A stretch of DNA of 64,000 bases from Candidatus Adlerbacteria bacterium RIFCSPHIGHO2_12_FULL_53_18 (GCA_001775475.1 MEWW01000010.1:5143-69142); one strand, 5' to 3'; shown: positions 18,987-30,215, counted from the first letter of the stretch. The notes: generated by a model from the letters alone, not told the origin. Numbers and translations are program-made.

Positions 18987-19679
18987 CTACCGCAAGAGGT
19001 CAAATGACGTCCCGTTCCAGAGTGCGACGGTAGTCCCCTCCTCATAGCTGGACCCGTTCCATATGTATCTAACTATTCGAGTCAAATAGCCCGTGTCTCC
19101 ATGTACTGACAAAAGTAAATCACTGTAACTGTTGGTCTTTGTGGAAAGGATCCCTACCCACTCATAGGTAAGCGTGGTAAATATGAGCTGCCACTTTGTA
19201 CCATTTTTTTTGTGAATATCCACGGGGCAGCCGGCTGTTCCACAATAACCCGGCATATCGAGGCGTACGAACGCCTCTGTCGTGCCGTCTCCGTCGAGGT
19301 CCTGTAGAGCCACACCAATTATAGGTTCCGGTGCCGTGGGGTAGAACTTTTTGTAGTCTTCAAACTCTACTTTATAAAGTGCGTATAAGTCTCCGCTTCC
19401 GCCCGTCGAGGTGGCTACGTTGGAAAATGCAAGGCGCTTCGCTCCAAGCGTTGCAAACACCGACGCATAAGACATATCCGGATCGATTTCAGCTCCTTGT
19501 GAGGACACTGGCACCGTTACCGTTTGAGTGTAGTCCGGGTTGGTGGAAATTGACTGGTTTTGCCCCCCAAGCTCTACCGGTGTGTTATCGCTTTCCTGCA
19601 GCAGGTACCAAACTCCCACTCCTCCTAACCCGAGAAGGGCCACCACTGCTATCAAAATACTGAGAGTTTTTATCTGCAT
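18987..19679 (-). CDS. Membrane-anchored hypothetical protein with DLDGDG and YCGTAGC motifs
   Basis: N-terminal TM; 3 bp downstream of the pilin-SLT gene. Confidence 0.75.
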   Translation of the reverse strand: MQIKTLSILIAVVALLGLGGVGVWYLLQESDNTPVELGGQNQSISTNPDYTQTVTVPVSSQGAEIDPDMSYASVFATLGAKRLAFSNVATSTGGSGDLYALYKVEFEDYKKFYPTAPEPIIGVALQDLDGDGTTEAFVRLDMPGYCGTAGCPVDIHKKNGTKWQLIFTTLTYEWVGILSTKTNSYSDLLLSVHGDTGYLTRIVRYIWNGSSYEEGTTVALWNGTSFDLLR

Positions 19680-19682
19680 ATG

Positions 19683-20900
19683 TTATTGCAAAATTATACT
19701 CCTCGCGTTTGCCACGTTAGGTACGTACGAACGGGTTTCGGCGTAGCCCGAGTTTGCCGTACACTGCCACCAGGTTTGGCCCGGACAGTCGAAGCTTCGG
19801 TTATTTGCTCTGGGGCCTCCATTGTACGCTGCTATCGTGTTGGTACTTCTGCCAAACTGGCCTTCCATTTGAGTTAAATATTTAACGCCAAGCGTCATGT
19901 TGTAGACAGGATCTTTCAAACGAGCGGTGATTTCCGAGTTCGACAGCCCCGCAAGAGACGAGTCGAGCCCCCTTGCAGTGTCAGGGCATACCTGCATTAA
20001 CCCGACACAGCGGGCAGGGCTCACCGCCCCCGCGTTGCCGTTAGACTCAATCGCCATCACTGCTTGTGCCATTTCACAGTCACTGTAACCCTGCTGTCTG
20101 CAAATGGTCTGCAGTTGTGCGGCATACTGGTTAGTGCCTTGTATTTTTGCCTCAAGCTGGGCGACAGAGAAGATGCGTGCGTTCGGGTCGGTGGTGAGCG
20201 GCCCGGTTAAGCCTGCGGTCGTGGACACGATAGTGGGTTCGACTTGGTCGCAAGCTTCTTGAAATTGACATGAAGAATTAACACAGACTTGCTGCATCTG
20301 GTTGTACTTGTATCCATTGGGACATGTGACTTGTATGACACTGCCTGGTGACGACCCTGAGGGGGCCGAAATGGCTTTAATTGGAAGAGGGGTGGTTGGA
20401 ATAACCTCGCCAAGAAGATCACTCAAACTTGCGTTTCTTAAGCGCTCTTCCCTGCTGCACTGGAGTTCGTTCCAGCTACCTCCTATCCAAAAGTCCTGGT
20501 CAAACACGACGCTCAGCAGAGTCTGCACAACAAGGTAGGCTGAAATCGCGATTAAAAAGCCGATGAGTACACTTTTAAATATCTTATGTGCCTTGCTTAT
20601 CTGAGTGGGGTTTGAGCCTCCGGTCACATAGAGAAACCCGGCATAGGCAAACATTGCCGCCGCGACTGAGACTGAAAGTCCGATAAGGAAGTTGATAATG
20701 TTCTGCATCAACTGCCCCAGGCTGCATAGATCGCAACCTGTAGTTGTTCTTATGTATTCGCTGTAAGCGGGAGTATTCTGTTCTGGTATCGGCCCTTCCC
20801 ACACTCCACAAGGGACTAACCCCTGCGCGTCCGCAATCAGAGGAATGGAGAGCCACAACAATGCAGCTACAAAAAAGAGCAAAGCACGCTGCTTTTGCAT
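19683..20900 (-). CDS. VirB2/TrbC-like pilin domain fused to a lytic transglycosylase (SLT) domain
   Basis: Signal peptide, GLVPCG, two-TM pilin core (YAGFLYVTGGSN...KAHKIF); AIESNG, GLMQV, AAYNGGP, ETRSYV. Confidence 0.88.
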   Translation of the reverse strand: MQKQRALLFFVAALLWLSIPLIADAQGLVPCGVWEGPIPEQNTPAYSEYIRTTTGCDLCSLGQLMQNIINFLIGLSVSVAAAMFAYAGFLYVTGGSNPTQISKAHKIFKSVLIGFLIAISAYLVVQTLLSVVFDQDFWIGGSWNELQCSREERLRNASLSDLLGEVIPTTPLPIKAISAPSGSSPGSVIQVTCPNGYKYNQMQQVCVNSSCQFQEACDQVEPTIVSTTAGLTGPLTTDPNARIFSVAQLEAKIQGTNQYAAQLQTICRQQGYSDCEMAQAVMAIESNGNAGAVSPARCVGLMQVCPDTARGLDSSLAGLSNSEITARLKDPVYNMTLGVKYLTQMEGQFGRSTNTIAAYNGGPRANNRSFDCPGQTWWQCTANSGYAETRSYVPNVANARSIILQ

Positions 20901-20932
20901 GGTTTTATTGTAGCACCTAATTTTTATACAAG

Positions 20933-21016
20933 TGCGCCGGGTAGGATTCGAACCTACGTAGCCACAAGGGCGCTTGGTTTACAGCCAAGTGCGATTGACC
21001 GCTCCGCCACCGACGC
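20933..21016 (-). tRNA. tRNA-Tyr(GTA)
   Basis: Anticodon arm CTTGG-CTGTAAA-CCAAG. Confidence 0.95.
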
Positions 21017-21060
21017 AAGAACCTCCTTACTTTACACCGTTTAGCTGCAATTGTCAGCGC

Positions 21061-22299
21061 TCAAAAATTTTCGGCAATCGCCGGAGCTTTTTGCGTATGA
21101 GGCTGCTCCCATAAGTCCCATAGATGCTTGGCCACATGCACCGGCGTGCCATAGAGAGGTTCCAAGTGCAGGTCTATCCATGGCAGCGAGTTTGCCTCGA
21201 TTATTCCCCACATTTGGGATTGAGGGCTCTCTTTCGGATTTTGAATAATCAAATCAAATCCGACCACCGGAAGCTTCGTAAGCCTGGCTGCGCGCTCTAT
21301 CTCTTTTTTAAGCTCGGGGTGTATGTCGGTACCGTGTTCCCACGTCCTGCCGCCGGACAAACGACCTGCCCAGTAAACCAGCGGGAGCATCTTGCCCTTC
21401 TCTAACACGCTATCTAGCGTATAACCGCGCCGCTCAACATAGCACTCGTGCAGAGGAGTAATCTCTATATCTTCAACCCGCACAGGTTTGTTTTTATTTT
21501 CCCTCTCGACGAGCTCACGGACGGTCGAGCTGCCGTCGCCCACGACCGTCGGATATTTAGACTCTAAAAACCCGATCATCTGGCCGTTGACGCAGGTGGC
21601 GCGGCCGACATTTCCCTCCAGATGCTGCTCGATAGCTACCCAATGGCAAAGTTTTTTAGCGGACGCAAATGCCTTTACGAGCTCTGCGGAAGTTGAAACA
21701 TGAGGAAAGGTATGCCGTCCGTTTGAGCCGGTACGCGGCTTAACACACGCGGTACCTAACTGTTTGAGCGCGGCGCTCGCCTGGTGCAGAGTTGAGACAC
21801 TGAAAGAGAGGGGTGCGGCAACTCCTGCCTCTTTAAACTTCTGCTTTAACAGATGTTTGTCGTCGGCCCACAGCGTTCCTGCGCGGTATATGGGTGGTAT
21901 GGGTAGGCTGTAAAAAATGCGCATCATGCCGAAAATATTGGCCTCAAAAAACTCGGTGGGGATTCCAAATACAAAAAACTGCTGCATGGGGATGCCGCGC
22001 AGCCGTGCCTCTTGCCATACTGCGCGTGAGCGCTTGGTGCACGCCTGCTCTAAATCGTCATTACGAGACACAACGTGTAAGAACTCTGCCGCCCGAAACA
22101 AAGGCGGCAACACCGGCGCCACCAGACGGGCAAAGCCGCGCGAGCATGCAGAGAAAAAAGCGGAAAGCCGTGTAGGAGCCCCAAGCGAGCTTATGCCGAT
22201 TTCAAGCGTACTGCTCACCCATACAGACCAATGGTCGGCTGAGACCGCGCCGCACTCAGAGCAGTATTTTTGGATGCCCTTTCCTACAGTGAGTTGCAC
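21061..22299 (-). CDS. ATP-grasp ligase (cyanophycin synthetase/GshAB-like)
   Basis: DDK, VKPRTGSNG, VVGDGSSTVRELV, GFDLII, IIEANSLP. Confidence 0.8.
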   Translation of the reverse strand: MQLTVGKGIQKYCSECGAVSADHWSVWVSSTLEIGISSLGAPTRLSAFFSACSRGFARLVAPVLPPLFRAAEFLHVVSRNDDLEQACTKRSRAVWQEARLRGIPMQQFFVFGIPTEFFEANIFGMMRIFYSLPIPPIYRAGTLWADDKHLLKQKFKEAGVAAPLSFSVSTLHQASAALKQLGTACVKPRTGSNGRHTFPHVSTSAELVKAFASAKKLCHWVAIEQHLEGNVGRATCVNGQMIGFLESKYPTVVGDGSSTVRELVERENKNKPVRVEDIEITPLHECYVERRGYTLDSVLEKGKMLPLVYWAGRLSGGRTWEHGTDIHPELKKEIERAARLTKLPVVGFDLIIQNPKESPQSQMWGIIEANSLPWIDLHLEPLYGTPVHVAKHLWDLWEQPHTQKAPAIAENF

Positions 22300-22573
22300 C
22301 TGGTTATGGTACTACGAACAAAGCCCCCGAGGGGGCTTTTAACCTTAAGTGTGTCCTCCGCCGAGCAACATAGAAAAGAGAGTTAATCTGATACCCTTTA
22401 ATTATGCCACGCGCTACCCTTCCCCACTTACCCACTGGGGATAGTGACTTTTTGGCACGAGGTTTTATGGAGAAAGTCCCGGCCAGTACTCGACAAAACG
22501 GGATTTTTACTTTACTTTAAGCAACTAGTTACTTGGCCCGGCCACTCCTAGTGGCGCACAATCGAGGAGTTCT

Positions 22574-23335
22574 TTGATGAAGCCCTTTATTAAGGATCTG
22601 CGTAGAGCTACGCTTAAAGGAGCGGGAATGACCAGCTTTGACGTCCTGACTGTCGGGGAAAGGGTCGGCATACTCGGCGACCGGCGCTACGGCATCAAGC
22701 GCAAGCCGGCCTCTACCCCCGATGAGTGGGGGCCCAAAGGAAAATTCTATGTGGCAATGAACACGCCGGTCATGCCTGCCGAACACCCTGTCTACAACAC
22801 TGGTTTGGCCGGTCCGGACGGCATGAGCCAGCTCGACTTCGACTACCTCACGGAGCTTGCGACCAGGATCGGCGTTGAAGGACCGCTCGCCGTGCTCGAC
22901 ACCAAGGGCAAGTTTAACCTCACTGACGACAAGGAGCCGTATGTGTCGTTTCTCAACCTTGCATCGGTGCAGGCCCTCGACGAGTGGCTTGGGCATGAAA
23001 TCAATCCTGCTCGCTTTCGCATGAACGTGTGGTTGGGCGATCTCGACCCGTTTGCCGAGCTCATGTGGGTCAACGGCTACCCGGGAACCTACGAATTCCA
23101 GCTCGGCGAAGTCCGCTTCCGCGTCGAAGACGTCTGCGAACGGTGCAGGGCAACGGAGGCCAACCCGGAGACCGGTGTCTACGACCTCCCCATCCTCGCC
23201 GCGCTTGAGAAGATGATGAAAGAGCGCGGCTACGCCGGTTCTCCGAAACGCAAGAAGTTCGAGGTGATGGGTGTTCTCGCTCGCCCTCTCAACTCCGGCA
23301 AAATCAAAAAGGGAGACAGTCTGACCTTCCTTTAG
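22574..23335 (+). CDS. MOSC-domain protein
   Basis: GDRRYGI, RFRMNVW, CERCRATEANPETG, GKIKKGD; SD GAGGAG. Confidence 0.85.
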   Translation: MMKPFIKDLRRATLKGAGMTSFDVLTVGERVGILGDRRYGIKRKPASTPDEWGPKGKFYVAMNTPVMPAEHPVYNTGLAGPDGMSQLDFDYLTELATRIGVEGPLAVLDTKGKFNLTDDKEPYVSFLNLASVQALDEWLGHEINPARFRMNVWLGDLDPFAELMWVNGYPGTYEFQLGEVRFRVEDVCERCRATEANPETGVYDLPILAALEKMMKERGYAGSPKRKKFEVMGVLARPLNSGKIKKGDSLTFL

Positions 23336-23426
23336 TCACGGCTGCCAGAACTCCCCGCCGTTCACTTACGAAGTACGCCCACTCGGCCTTCTTGAGTGGG
23401 CGGCTTTTTCTTTTTGGCACGGGGCT

Positions 23427-26126
23427 TTACGCCCCTATTTTCTCTTCGGTGAGCATAGCGGCTGGGACTTTGACTCCCCTGCCCTTGCCGGTTTTTTTGA
23501 CGTCAAAGACGAACTCGCCGTTTTTGTGGCCCACCGAAACAGAGCCGCCGGAAAGTACGCCTCGAGAGACCATTAGGCTCGCTACTTTGGTCAAAATTTT
23601 ATCCTGTATTAAGCGGCGCAGGGGGCGCGCACCGTAGTGCGGGTTGTAACCCTCTTTTGACAAGTACTCATACACCTCCGGAGCGATATTGAGCGTAATT
23701 TCTTTTTGCGCCAGACGCTCCACCACTTCTTTAACCTGAATGTTCACTATTTCTTTGATTGCCACAGGCGAAAGGATGTTGAAGATGATGATCTCGTCTA
23801 TGCGGTTGAGGAACTCGGGGCGGAAGTAGTCTTTAAGCGCGTTCTGCACCTTCTCCTTCGCCATGATGTAGTTTTGTGCGTCGCTAGAACCTGCAACCGC
23901 AAAGCCAATCTGCTCCATCTTGTCGATGTAGGTCGCGCCGATATTGGAGGTCATTATGATGACGGTGTTGCGGAAGTTGACCTTGCGCCCCTTGGCGTCG
24001 GTCAAGTAGCCGTTGTCCAAGACCTGCAAGAGGATGTTAAACACCTCCGGATGCGCTTTCTCGATTTCGTCGAATAGGAGCACGGCATACGGGCGGTGGC
24101 GCACAAGCTCGGTTAGTGCCCCGCCCTCTTCGTGGCCTACATAGCCGGGGGGGGCGCCGATGATTTTTGAAACACTGTGCTTTTCCATGTACTCCGACAT
24201 ATCAACGCGTATAAGCGCTTTTTCGTCGTCAAACATGAACTGCGCCAAGGCGCGCGTAAGCTCGGTTTTGCCGACACCTGTGGGCCCCAAGAACATAAAT
24301 GAAGCTATGGGGCGGTTAGGGTCGGCAATGCCCGCGCGGCTGCGCTTAACCGCATCCGCTACTTTTTGCACTGCTTCTTCCTGGCCGACCACACGCTGTT
24401 TGAGCTCGGTCTCGATGCGCATCAAACGCGCCGCCTCCTCCTCGAGCATTCGAGAAACGGGGATGCCCGTCCACTTGGCGACAATTGAAGCAATGTCCGC
24501 GCTGGCTATCTCCTCCTTGAGGAGGCGGCGTGAGCTCTGGAGCTTTTTGAGCTTCTTTGTCTTTTGTTCAAGCTCTCTTTCAAGCGAAGGGATTTCTCCG
24601 TAGCGGATTTCCGCCGCGCGAGACAGGTCTACCGCGGCTTCGGCAGAGTCAGCTTCCAGGCGCAGGCTTTCAAGCTCTTTCTTGATTGACTTGATGTCGG
24701 AGAGTATCTGCTTCTCGTTTTTCCAGCGCAGCTCAATCTCACTTGTCTTCTCTTTTAGCTCGGCTATCTCGCGCTCAATTTCCTTTACACGGCTTTTAAC
24801 CGTCTTACTGCCGTCGGCACTCTCGGCCTCCTTGCGCAGAGCTTCTTTCTCAACCTCCAGGCGCATAATCCTGCGGTGCGCGTCTTCGAGCATCGGCGGT
24901 TTGTTTTCTAGGCTTATGCGTAGTGCTGAGGACGCCTCGTCAATGAGGTCTATCGCTTTGTCAGGGAGAAAACGATCCGGAATATAGCGGGCAGAGAGTT
25001 CTACCGCCGCCACGATGGCGTCGTCGGTGATGCGCACGCCATGAAAGAGCTCGTACTTCTCTTTAAGGCCACGCAAAATCGAGATGGCGTCGTCTGTTGT
25101 CGGCTCGAGCACATACACCGGTTGGAAACGGCGCTGAAACGCCGGGTCTCGTTCGATGTGCTTTTGATACTCCTTAAGAGTCGTGGCACCTATGAGGTGC
25201 AGATCGCCCCGCGCCAGCGCGGGTTTGAGCATGTTGCTTGCGTCCATAGCGCCCTCTGCGGCGCCCGCGCCTATCATCGTGTGTATCTCGTCGACAAAGA
25301 GAATGATCTTCCCTTCCGAGCGCTCAATCTCTTTTATGATGGCTTTGAGGCGCTCCTCAAACTCACCGCGGTACTTGGTACCTGCAATAAGGGCGCCCAG
25401 GTCGAGCGACACCAAGTCTTTGTCCTTGAGACTCTCCGGACAGTCGCCCATCGCAATGCGCGTAGCAAGCCCCTCGGCGATAGCCGTCTTACCGACTCCC
25501 GCCTCGCCTATCAAAATCGGATTATTTTTTGTGCGGCGCGAGAGTATCTGAATAACACGCTTAATCTCCTCGTCGCGACCTATAACCGGATCGAGCTTGT
25601 TCTCCGTTGCCATTTTAGTCAAAGAGCGCGTGTACTTGGGCAGCGCGCGGAACTTCTTCCCCTCTCCGCTTGCCGGCTTGGCTGAGCGTAGCTCTGTAAG
25701 TGCGCGCACGGTTGCTTCGCGGGTAATCCGGAAGCGCGCCAAAATCTCGCGCACGCTGCCCGCAACGTCAAAGAGCGATATAAAAAGGTGTTCGGTCGAG
25801 ACAAACTCGTCGTGGAGTTCGGTCGCGACTTTTGCCGAACGCTCGAGCGCCTGCACAAGGTCGGGTGTGAGATACAACTGGTATGAGGGAGAAAGCACTG
25901 AGCTTGCCTGCCCGCCTTCCAAACTCTCAAGTACGGTGTCAGTCAAAAGGATGACGTCAACGTCGAGCTTGTCGAGTACGGAGGCTACTAATGACTCTTC
26001 TTGCAACAAAAGAGCCCCCAGGAGGTGCAGGGGTGATACTTGGTTCTGGCCGCGCTCTACCGCAAGCTCATGAGCGCGGCGCACGGCCTCTTTGGCCTTA
26101 GTGGTGAAATGGTTGAATGGGGGCAT
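23427..26126 (-). CDS. clpB: ATP-dependent chaperone ClpB
   Basis: Two AAA+ modules ([16 protein letters not shown]) and a coiled-coil middle domain. Confidence 0.95.
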   Translation of the reverse strand: MPPFNHFTTKAKEAVRRAHELAVERGQNQVSPLHLLGALLLQEESLVASVLDKLDVDVILLTDTVLESLEGGQASSVLSPSYQLYLTPDLVQALERSAKVATELHDEFVSTEHLFISLFDVAGSVREILARFRITREATVRALTELRSAKPASGEGKKFRALPKYTRSLTKMATENKLDPVIGRDEEIKRVIQILSRRTKNNPILIGEAGVGKTAIAEGLATRIAMGDCPESLKDKDLVSLDLGALIAGTKYRGEFEERLKAIIKEIERSEGKIILFVDEIHTMIGAGAAEGAMDASNMLKPALARGDLHLIGATTLKEYQKHIERDPAFQRRFQPVYVLEPTTDDAISILRGLKEKYELFHGVRITDDAIVAAVELSARYIPDRFLPDKAIDLIDEASSALRISLENKPPMLEDAHRRIMRLEVEKEALRKEAESADGSKTVKSRVKEIEREIAELKEKTSEIELRWKNEKQILSDIKSIKKELESLRLEADSAEAAVDLSRAAEIRYGEIPSLERELEQKTKKLKKLQSSRRLLKEEIASADIASIVAKWTGIPVSRMLEEEAARLMRIETELKQRVVGQEEAVQKVADAVKRSRAGIADPNRPIASFMFLGPTGVGKTELTRALAQFMFDDEKALIRVDMSEYMEKHSVSKIIGAPPGYVGHEEGGALTELVRHRPYAVLLFDEIEKAHPEVFNILLQVLDNGYLTDAKGRKVNFRNTVIIMTSNIGATYIDKMEQIGFAVAGSSDAQNYIMAKEKVQNALKDYFRPEFLNRIDEIIIFNILSPVAIKEIVNIQVKEVVERLAQKEITLNIAPEVYEYLSKEGYNPHYGARPLRRLIQDKILTKVASLMVSRGVLSGGSVSVGHKNGEFVFDVKKTGKGRGVKVPAAMLTEEKIGA

Positions 26127-26136
26127 ATATCCTATA

Positions 26137-26937
26137 TCACGAACTGGAGACGGTATTTATTACAGTGGCGGGCGCAGAGGGCATTGTAATAATAGTGTAC
26201 GAATCATTATTAGGACTTAATGAAGGCGTTGCGATGCCTACAACTTCGCCGAAGATGGTGAGTAGCACCGAGCCCGGCGTTGCCGAGGCCACACTTGCCT
26301 CAACTACCTGCCGGTCGCCTTCTGCCGCGGGCAGGGCCGCAATAACACCCTGGCTCACGGTGTCACTTCCGCTTCCACTGATGCGGAGCACCGTCTGGCC
26401 AAGAGTAAGCTTTGCTGGGTCGGTCAAGGTCGCTTGCACGAAGCCTGTCGAGGTACCTACGTTCACGTCTATAAACACGGCTGCCGTTGCAGCATTGTCG
26501 TCCCGCACCGTAAGTGCAACCCGCTCGCCCGAGTAGAGTATCGCCTCAAGGTTACGGTTCTCTGCCGCAGCAAGCGCCGCACGGTCGGTAACGGCAAGAC
26601 CCCGTTGGTCTAAGATGACACCACGCGCCAATACTTCGCCCTCACCCTCTCGCACAATGCGTATGACGCTCTTTTGCACGGTGGCAATAGACTGAGGCAC
26701 CAGCTCGTCTTGCTGAATCACGACTGTTTTTTCGGTCGTGGCAGTGGCCGCACCTTGTGTGTCGGGCACTACCGTCTCGACAGTCCTTTCAACGATCTGA
26801 TTAATGACCCTCGTTACTCCCTCCGGCGCCTGGTCCATAAGGGAAACGGTGACAATCCCTGTCGCAATGGATGTGACAAACGACACCAAAAGGGTGAGGA
26901 GCAGTATTTGATGTTTTGTCAGCTGTTCTAGGTCCAT
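26137..26937 (-). CDS. Trypsin-like (S1C) fold protein, catalytic residues apparently absent
   Basis: N-terminal TM; [29 protein letters not shown]. Confidence 0.7.
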   Translation of the reverse strand: MDLEQLTKHQILLLTLLVSFVTSIATGIVTVSLMDQAPEGVTRVINQIVERTVETVVPDTQGAATATTEKTVVIQQDELVPQSIATVQKSVIRIVREGEGEVLARGVILDQRGLAVTDRAALAAAENRNLEAILYSGERVALTVRDDNAATAAVFIDVNVGTSTGFVQATLTDPAKLTLGQTVLRISGSGSDTVSQGVIAALPAAEGDRQVVEASVASATPGSVLLTIFGEVVGIATPSLSPNNDSYTIITMPSAPATVINTVSSS

Positions 26938-26955
26938 TGCGAGGATTGTTACATA

Positions 26956-28188
26956 TTAGTGTACCACATTTCGGTATCGGTCGGCAACTTTTTTGAGTGC
27001 GATCGCGATCGCACGCGCATCGCGCAGACGCGCGTCCGGAAGGAGCGTTATCCGGACCGCCTCTCTCGTTGCCTGCTCCCCTGCCCCTATAGCCTGCAGT
27101 ACAGGTGAAGGCTCTTCGTCAGCCGTACTGCATGCCGAGCGCGTGGAGACGGCAACTCCTTTGGCATCGAGTGCCACTGTGGCCATCTGTCCGTCGAGTC
27201 CGGGGACCGAAATGTTAAGGTTGTTGGCAACTCGAGCATCCGAAGGCCTCGCCTTGCCACCACGTGGCAAGGCGAGGCCTTGACATGCTGGGCCGTTGAG
27301 CACTGCGCCGGGCAGTAGTGTTTGTATCTCGCTCCAAAGATAATCCCGCACTTCCGCAACTTGCGCCGCACGTTCGTCCACACCCTCCTGAGCATTCGCG
27401 AGCGCTTCGGCAAGCGCACCGGCAAGTACCGCATTTTCTGTCCCGCTGCGCAGCCCTCGCTCCTGTCCGCCGCCAAAAAGCAGCGGCTCAAGCTCTGTGC
27501 CGCGACGCACATACAGCAAGCCACTGCCCTTTGGCCCCATCATTTTTTGCGCATCAAGCGTCATCAGGTCGATTCCTAACTTTTCTACATTGAGCGGCAG
27601 CCACAAAGGCGCCTGCGATGCATCGGTGTGGAAGTAAAGCGGGAGTTTCGCCACTCTAGTCTTACGGACATGTCTTATCTCCTTAGCTATGTCTCGTACT
27701 GGTTGAATCGTTCCTATTTCGCTATTTACCATCTGCACCGAAACAAATACGGTCTCATCGTTTACCGCTTCGCGCACATCTTTCGGATTGACCTTCCCCT
27801 CTTTGTCCACCGGCAGGTAGGTTATGTAGAGCCCATCGCGCTCAAGCGCTTTGAGCGGCTCCAGAACGGAAGGATGTTCTATCGGCGCTGTTACGGCATT
27901 AAGCTCGCCATGTTCGTGTAAGCCCTGGCGCAGCGCGCCAAAAATCGCGAGGTTGTTCGCCTCGGTGCCGCCTGAAGTAAAAATAATTTCGTCCGCATGC
28001 GCGCCAACTGCATGGGCGGCGCGCATGCGCGCGCTCTCCAGCTCCTTTTTTGCGGCAACGGCTTCCCTGTGGAGCCCGCCAGGGTTGGCAAAAAGCTTTT
28101 CAAGCCGGTGCATTTCTTTTTGTACGCTGCGCGAGAGCGGCGTTGCCGCCGCCGCGTCGGCGTAAATGCGTTTTTTCCAAAACTTCAT
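26956..28188 (-). CDS. iscS: Cysteine desulfurase (IscS/NifS family)
   Basis: FTSGGTEANN, EHPSV, NSEIGTIQP, HTDASQ, AQKMMGPKG, RSGTEN, RSACS. Confidence 0.92.
   Translation of the reverse strand: MKFWKKRIYADAAAATPLSRSVQKEMHRLEKLFANPGGLHREAVAAKKELESARMRAAHAVGAHADEIIFTSGGTEANNLAIFGALRQGLHEHGELNAVTAPIEHPSVLEPLKALERDGLYITYLPVDKEGKVNPKDVREAVNDETVFVSVQMVNSEIGTIQPVRDIAKEIRHVRKTRVAKLPLYFHTDASQAPLWLPLNVEKLGIDLMTLDAQKMMGPKGSGLLYVRRGTELEPLLFGGGQERGLRSGTENAVLAGALAEALANAQEGVDERAAQVAEVRDYLWSEIQTLLPGAVLNGPACQGLALPRGGKARPSDARVANNLNISVPGLDGQMATVALDAKGVAVSTRSACSTADEEPSPVLQAIGAGEQATREAVRITLLPDARLRDARAIAIALKKVADRYRNVVH
27243..27281. repeat. 39-bp in-frame hairpin (18-bp perfect arms) in iscS
   Basis: AAGGCCTCGCCTTGCCAC-CAC-GTGGCAAGGCGAGGCCTT. 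Confidence 0.9.
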
Positions 28189-28239
28189 AAATAAGCAATT
28201 TAAGTATATACTGCACCGCAAGACCTTCACGTCCAACAT

Positions 28240-29814
28240 ATGACTGCAGATAAGGCCATAGGGGGCTTGCGCCCTCCCGTCGTTGCAATCGTGGGCCACA
28301 TCGACCACGGCAAATCTACCCTGCTCGACTATATCCGCAAAACGAACGTCGCGCTCGCTGAGGCTGGCGGTATTACCCAGCATCTCTCCGCCTACGAGGC
28401 CATGCACCTGCCTGCGCAGGCAGGCAAAAACGAGGAACCTCGTAAGATCACCTTTCTCGATACGCCGGGGCACGAAGCATTTACCGCAATGCGCTCACGA
28501 GGGCTCGAAGTTGCGGATGTGGCAATACTCGTTGTTTCGGCGGAAGACGGCGTAAAGCCGCAGACGCTTGAAGCACTTAAGCTTATCGAGGGCGTTAAAA
28601 TCCCCTACATCGTCGCACTCACTAAGATAGACAAGCCAAGCGCCAATATTGAAAAAGCAAAAGCGAGCCTGCTTGAAAACGGCGTGTACTTAGAAGGTAT
28701 GGGCGGCGAAGTACCGTATGTTGGCGTTTCCGGCAAGTCGGGGATTGGCGTGCCCGAACTTCTCGATTTGATTTTACTCGCGGCCGAGCTGGAGGGACTT
28801 CAGGCCGACCCTTCCCTCCCCGGGACTGGCGTCGTTATTGAGGCGCACATCGACAACAAGCGCGGCGCCACCGCAACGCTTATCGTAGAGAACGGCACGG
28901 TTGAGGCGGGAGAGTTTGTCGTGGCCGGAGAGGCCTTTGCACCGACACGGATTATGGAAGACTTTGCCAGCCGGCCGGTAAAGCACGGCTTGCCCGGCAC
29001 TCCGGTCCGGATTATCGGCTTTTCTGCGCTGCCGCAGGTGGGCGCGCAGTTTACCACCGTGGAAACTAAACGCGATGCGGAGGAAATGGTAGCCGAAGCC
29101 CTTCGACACGCTCAGGGTAAACGCGACGCAAGCAGTGCGCCGGTAAAAAAAGAGCTTAAAGCAGAGACAGAGGAACGTGTCGAAGAAGAGGCGGCTCCGG
29201 AAGTGACAATACTTCCTATAGTTATCAAAACCGACGTTGCGGGCGTCGGAGACGCTGTGATACATGAGCTAGCAAAACTCCCCAAACACGAGCGGCTTGA
29301 GATCAGGGTAGTCTCACAAGGCGTGGGACCCATAACCGAAGGCGACGTGCGTTTTGTCGGGAGCGGAAAGACGCCGGGCATTGTTATAGGCTTTAACGTA
29401 AAGGTTGAAAGAATAGCCCACGACTTGGCAGAGCGCCAAGGGGTTACCATTGAGGTCTTTGACGTAATCTACAAACTAGCCGAGTGGCTGCAGACGCAGC
29501 TGGAGAAGCGCCGGCCCAGAGAGCGCGTGGAGGAAAAAACGGGTAGCGCTAAAGTGTTAAAGCTTTTTGGCGAGGCTAAAGGCAAAGTCGTTTTGGGAGG
29601 AAAGGTTGAGGAAGGAGAGCTTACCGAAGGTTCGGAGGTTAAAGTGATGCGCCGCGACTTGGAGCTAGGAGTGGGAACCATCACTTCCCTGCAGTCACAT
29701 AAAAAGCAGGTTAAAAAGGTTGAAGCCGGGGCCGAGTTTGGCGCGCAGGTTAAAACAAGTGCGGACCCGGCGCCCGGCGACCGGCTCGAGATATTTACCG
29801 TCACGCTTAAGTAA
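28240..29814 (+). CDS. infB: Translation initiation factor IF-2 (no N-terminal domain)
   Basis: [33 protein letters not shown]. Confidence 0.97.
   Translation: MTADKAIGGLRPPVVAIVGHIDHGKSTLLDYIRKTNVALAEAGGITQHLSAYEAMHLPAQAGKNEEPRKITFLDTPGHEAFTAMRSRGLEVADVAILVVSAEDGVKPQTLEALKLIEGVKIPYIVALTKIDKPSANIEKAKASLLENGVYLEGMGGEVPYVGVSGKSGIGVPELLDLILLAAELEGLQADPSLPGTGVVIEAHIDNKRGATATLIVENGTVEAGEFVVAGEAFAPTRIMEDFASRPVKHGLPGTPVRIIGFSALPQVGAQFTTVETKRDAEEMVAEALRHAQGKRDASSAPVKKELKAETEERVEEEAAPEVTILPIVIKTDVAGVGDAVIHELAKLPKHERLEIRVVSQGVGPITEGDVRFVGSGKTPGIVIGFNVKVERIAHDLAERQGVTIEVFDVIYKLAEWLQTQLEKRRPRERVEEKTGSAKVLKLFGEAKGKVVLGGKVEEGELTEGSEVKVMRRDLELGVGTITSLQSHKKQVKKVEAGAEFGAQVKTSADPAPGDRLEIFTVTLK
28407..28424. 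repeat. 18-bp palindrome CCTGCCTGCGCAGGCAGG in frame in infB (LPAQAG)
   Basis: Identical to the core at 1816-1833. Confidence 0.9.
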
Positions 29815-29815
29815 C

Positions 29816-30133
29816 ATGCAGGAAAACAGGAATGAGCGAAAGCGGGAAGCCCTGCGCGAAGTTGCAGCAGAGTTTCTCTCGCGCGAGGCGGGCCGGCAGT
29901 CGCTTATAACCGTAACGCGTACGCAACTTAGCGAGGACGGCAAGCGCGGCACAATATACATCACCGTGCTCCCAGAGACGGCCGAAGAGAACGCTTTAGA
30001 CTTCTGCCTTCGCAACCGCACCGAGCTTAGCAACTTTTTTAAGAAACGAGTTAAAGGCGCGCTCCCGCCGCATGTGGAGTTTGCTATCGACAAGGGAGAA
30101 AAGAACCGCCAGCGGTTAGACGAATTGTCCTAA
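29816..30133 (+). CDS. rbfA: Ribosome-binding factor A
   Basis: Follows infB; LITVTRTQLSED, PHVEFAIDKG. Confidence 0.88.
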   Translation: MQENRNERKREALREVAAEFLSREAGRQSLITVTRTQLSEDGKRGTIYITVLPETAEENALDFCLRNRTELSNFFKKRVKGALPPHVEFAIDKGEKNRQRLDELS

Positions 30134-30140
30134 TATAATT

Positions 30141-30215
30141 TGGAGGCCACGGCGGGAATCGCACCCGCGTATAAGGGATTTGCAGTCCCTTGCCTTACTA
30201 CTTGGCGACGTGGCC
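30141..30215 (-). tRNA. tRNA-Cys(GCA)
   Basis: AGGGA-CTGCAAA-TCCCT; encoded CCA. Confidence 0.93.
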
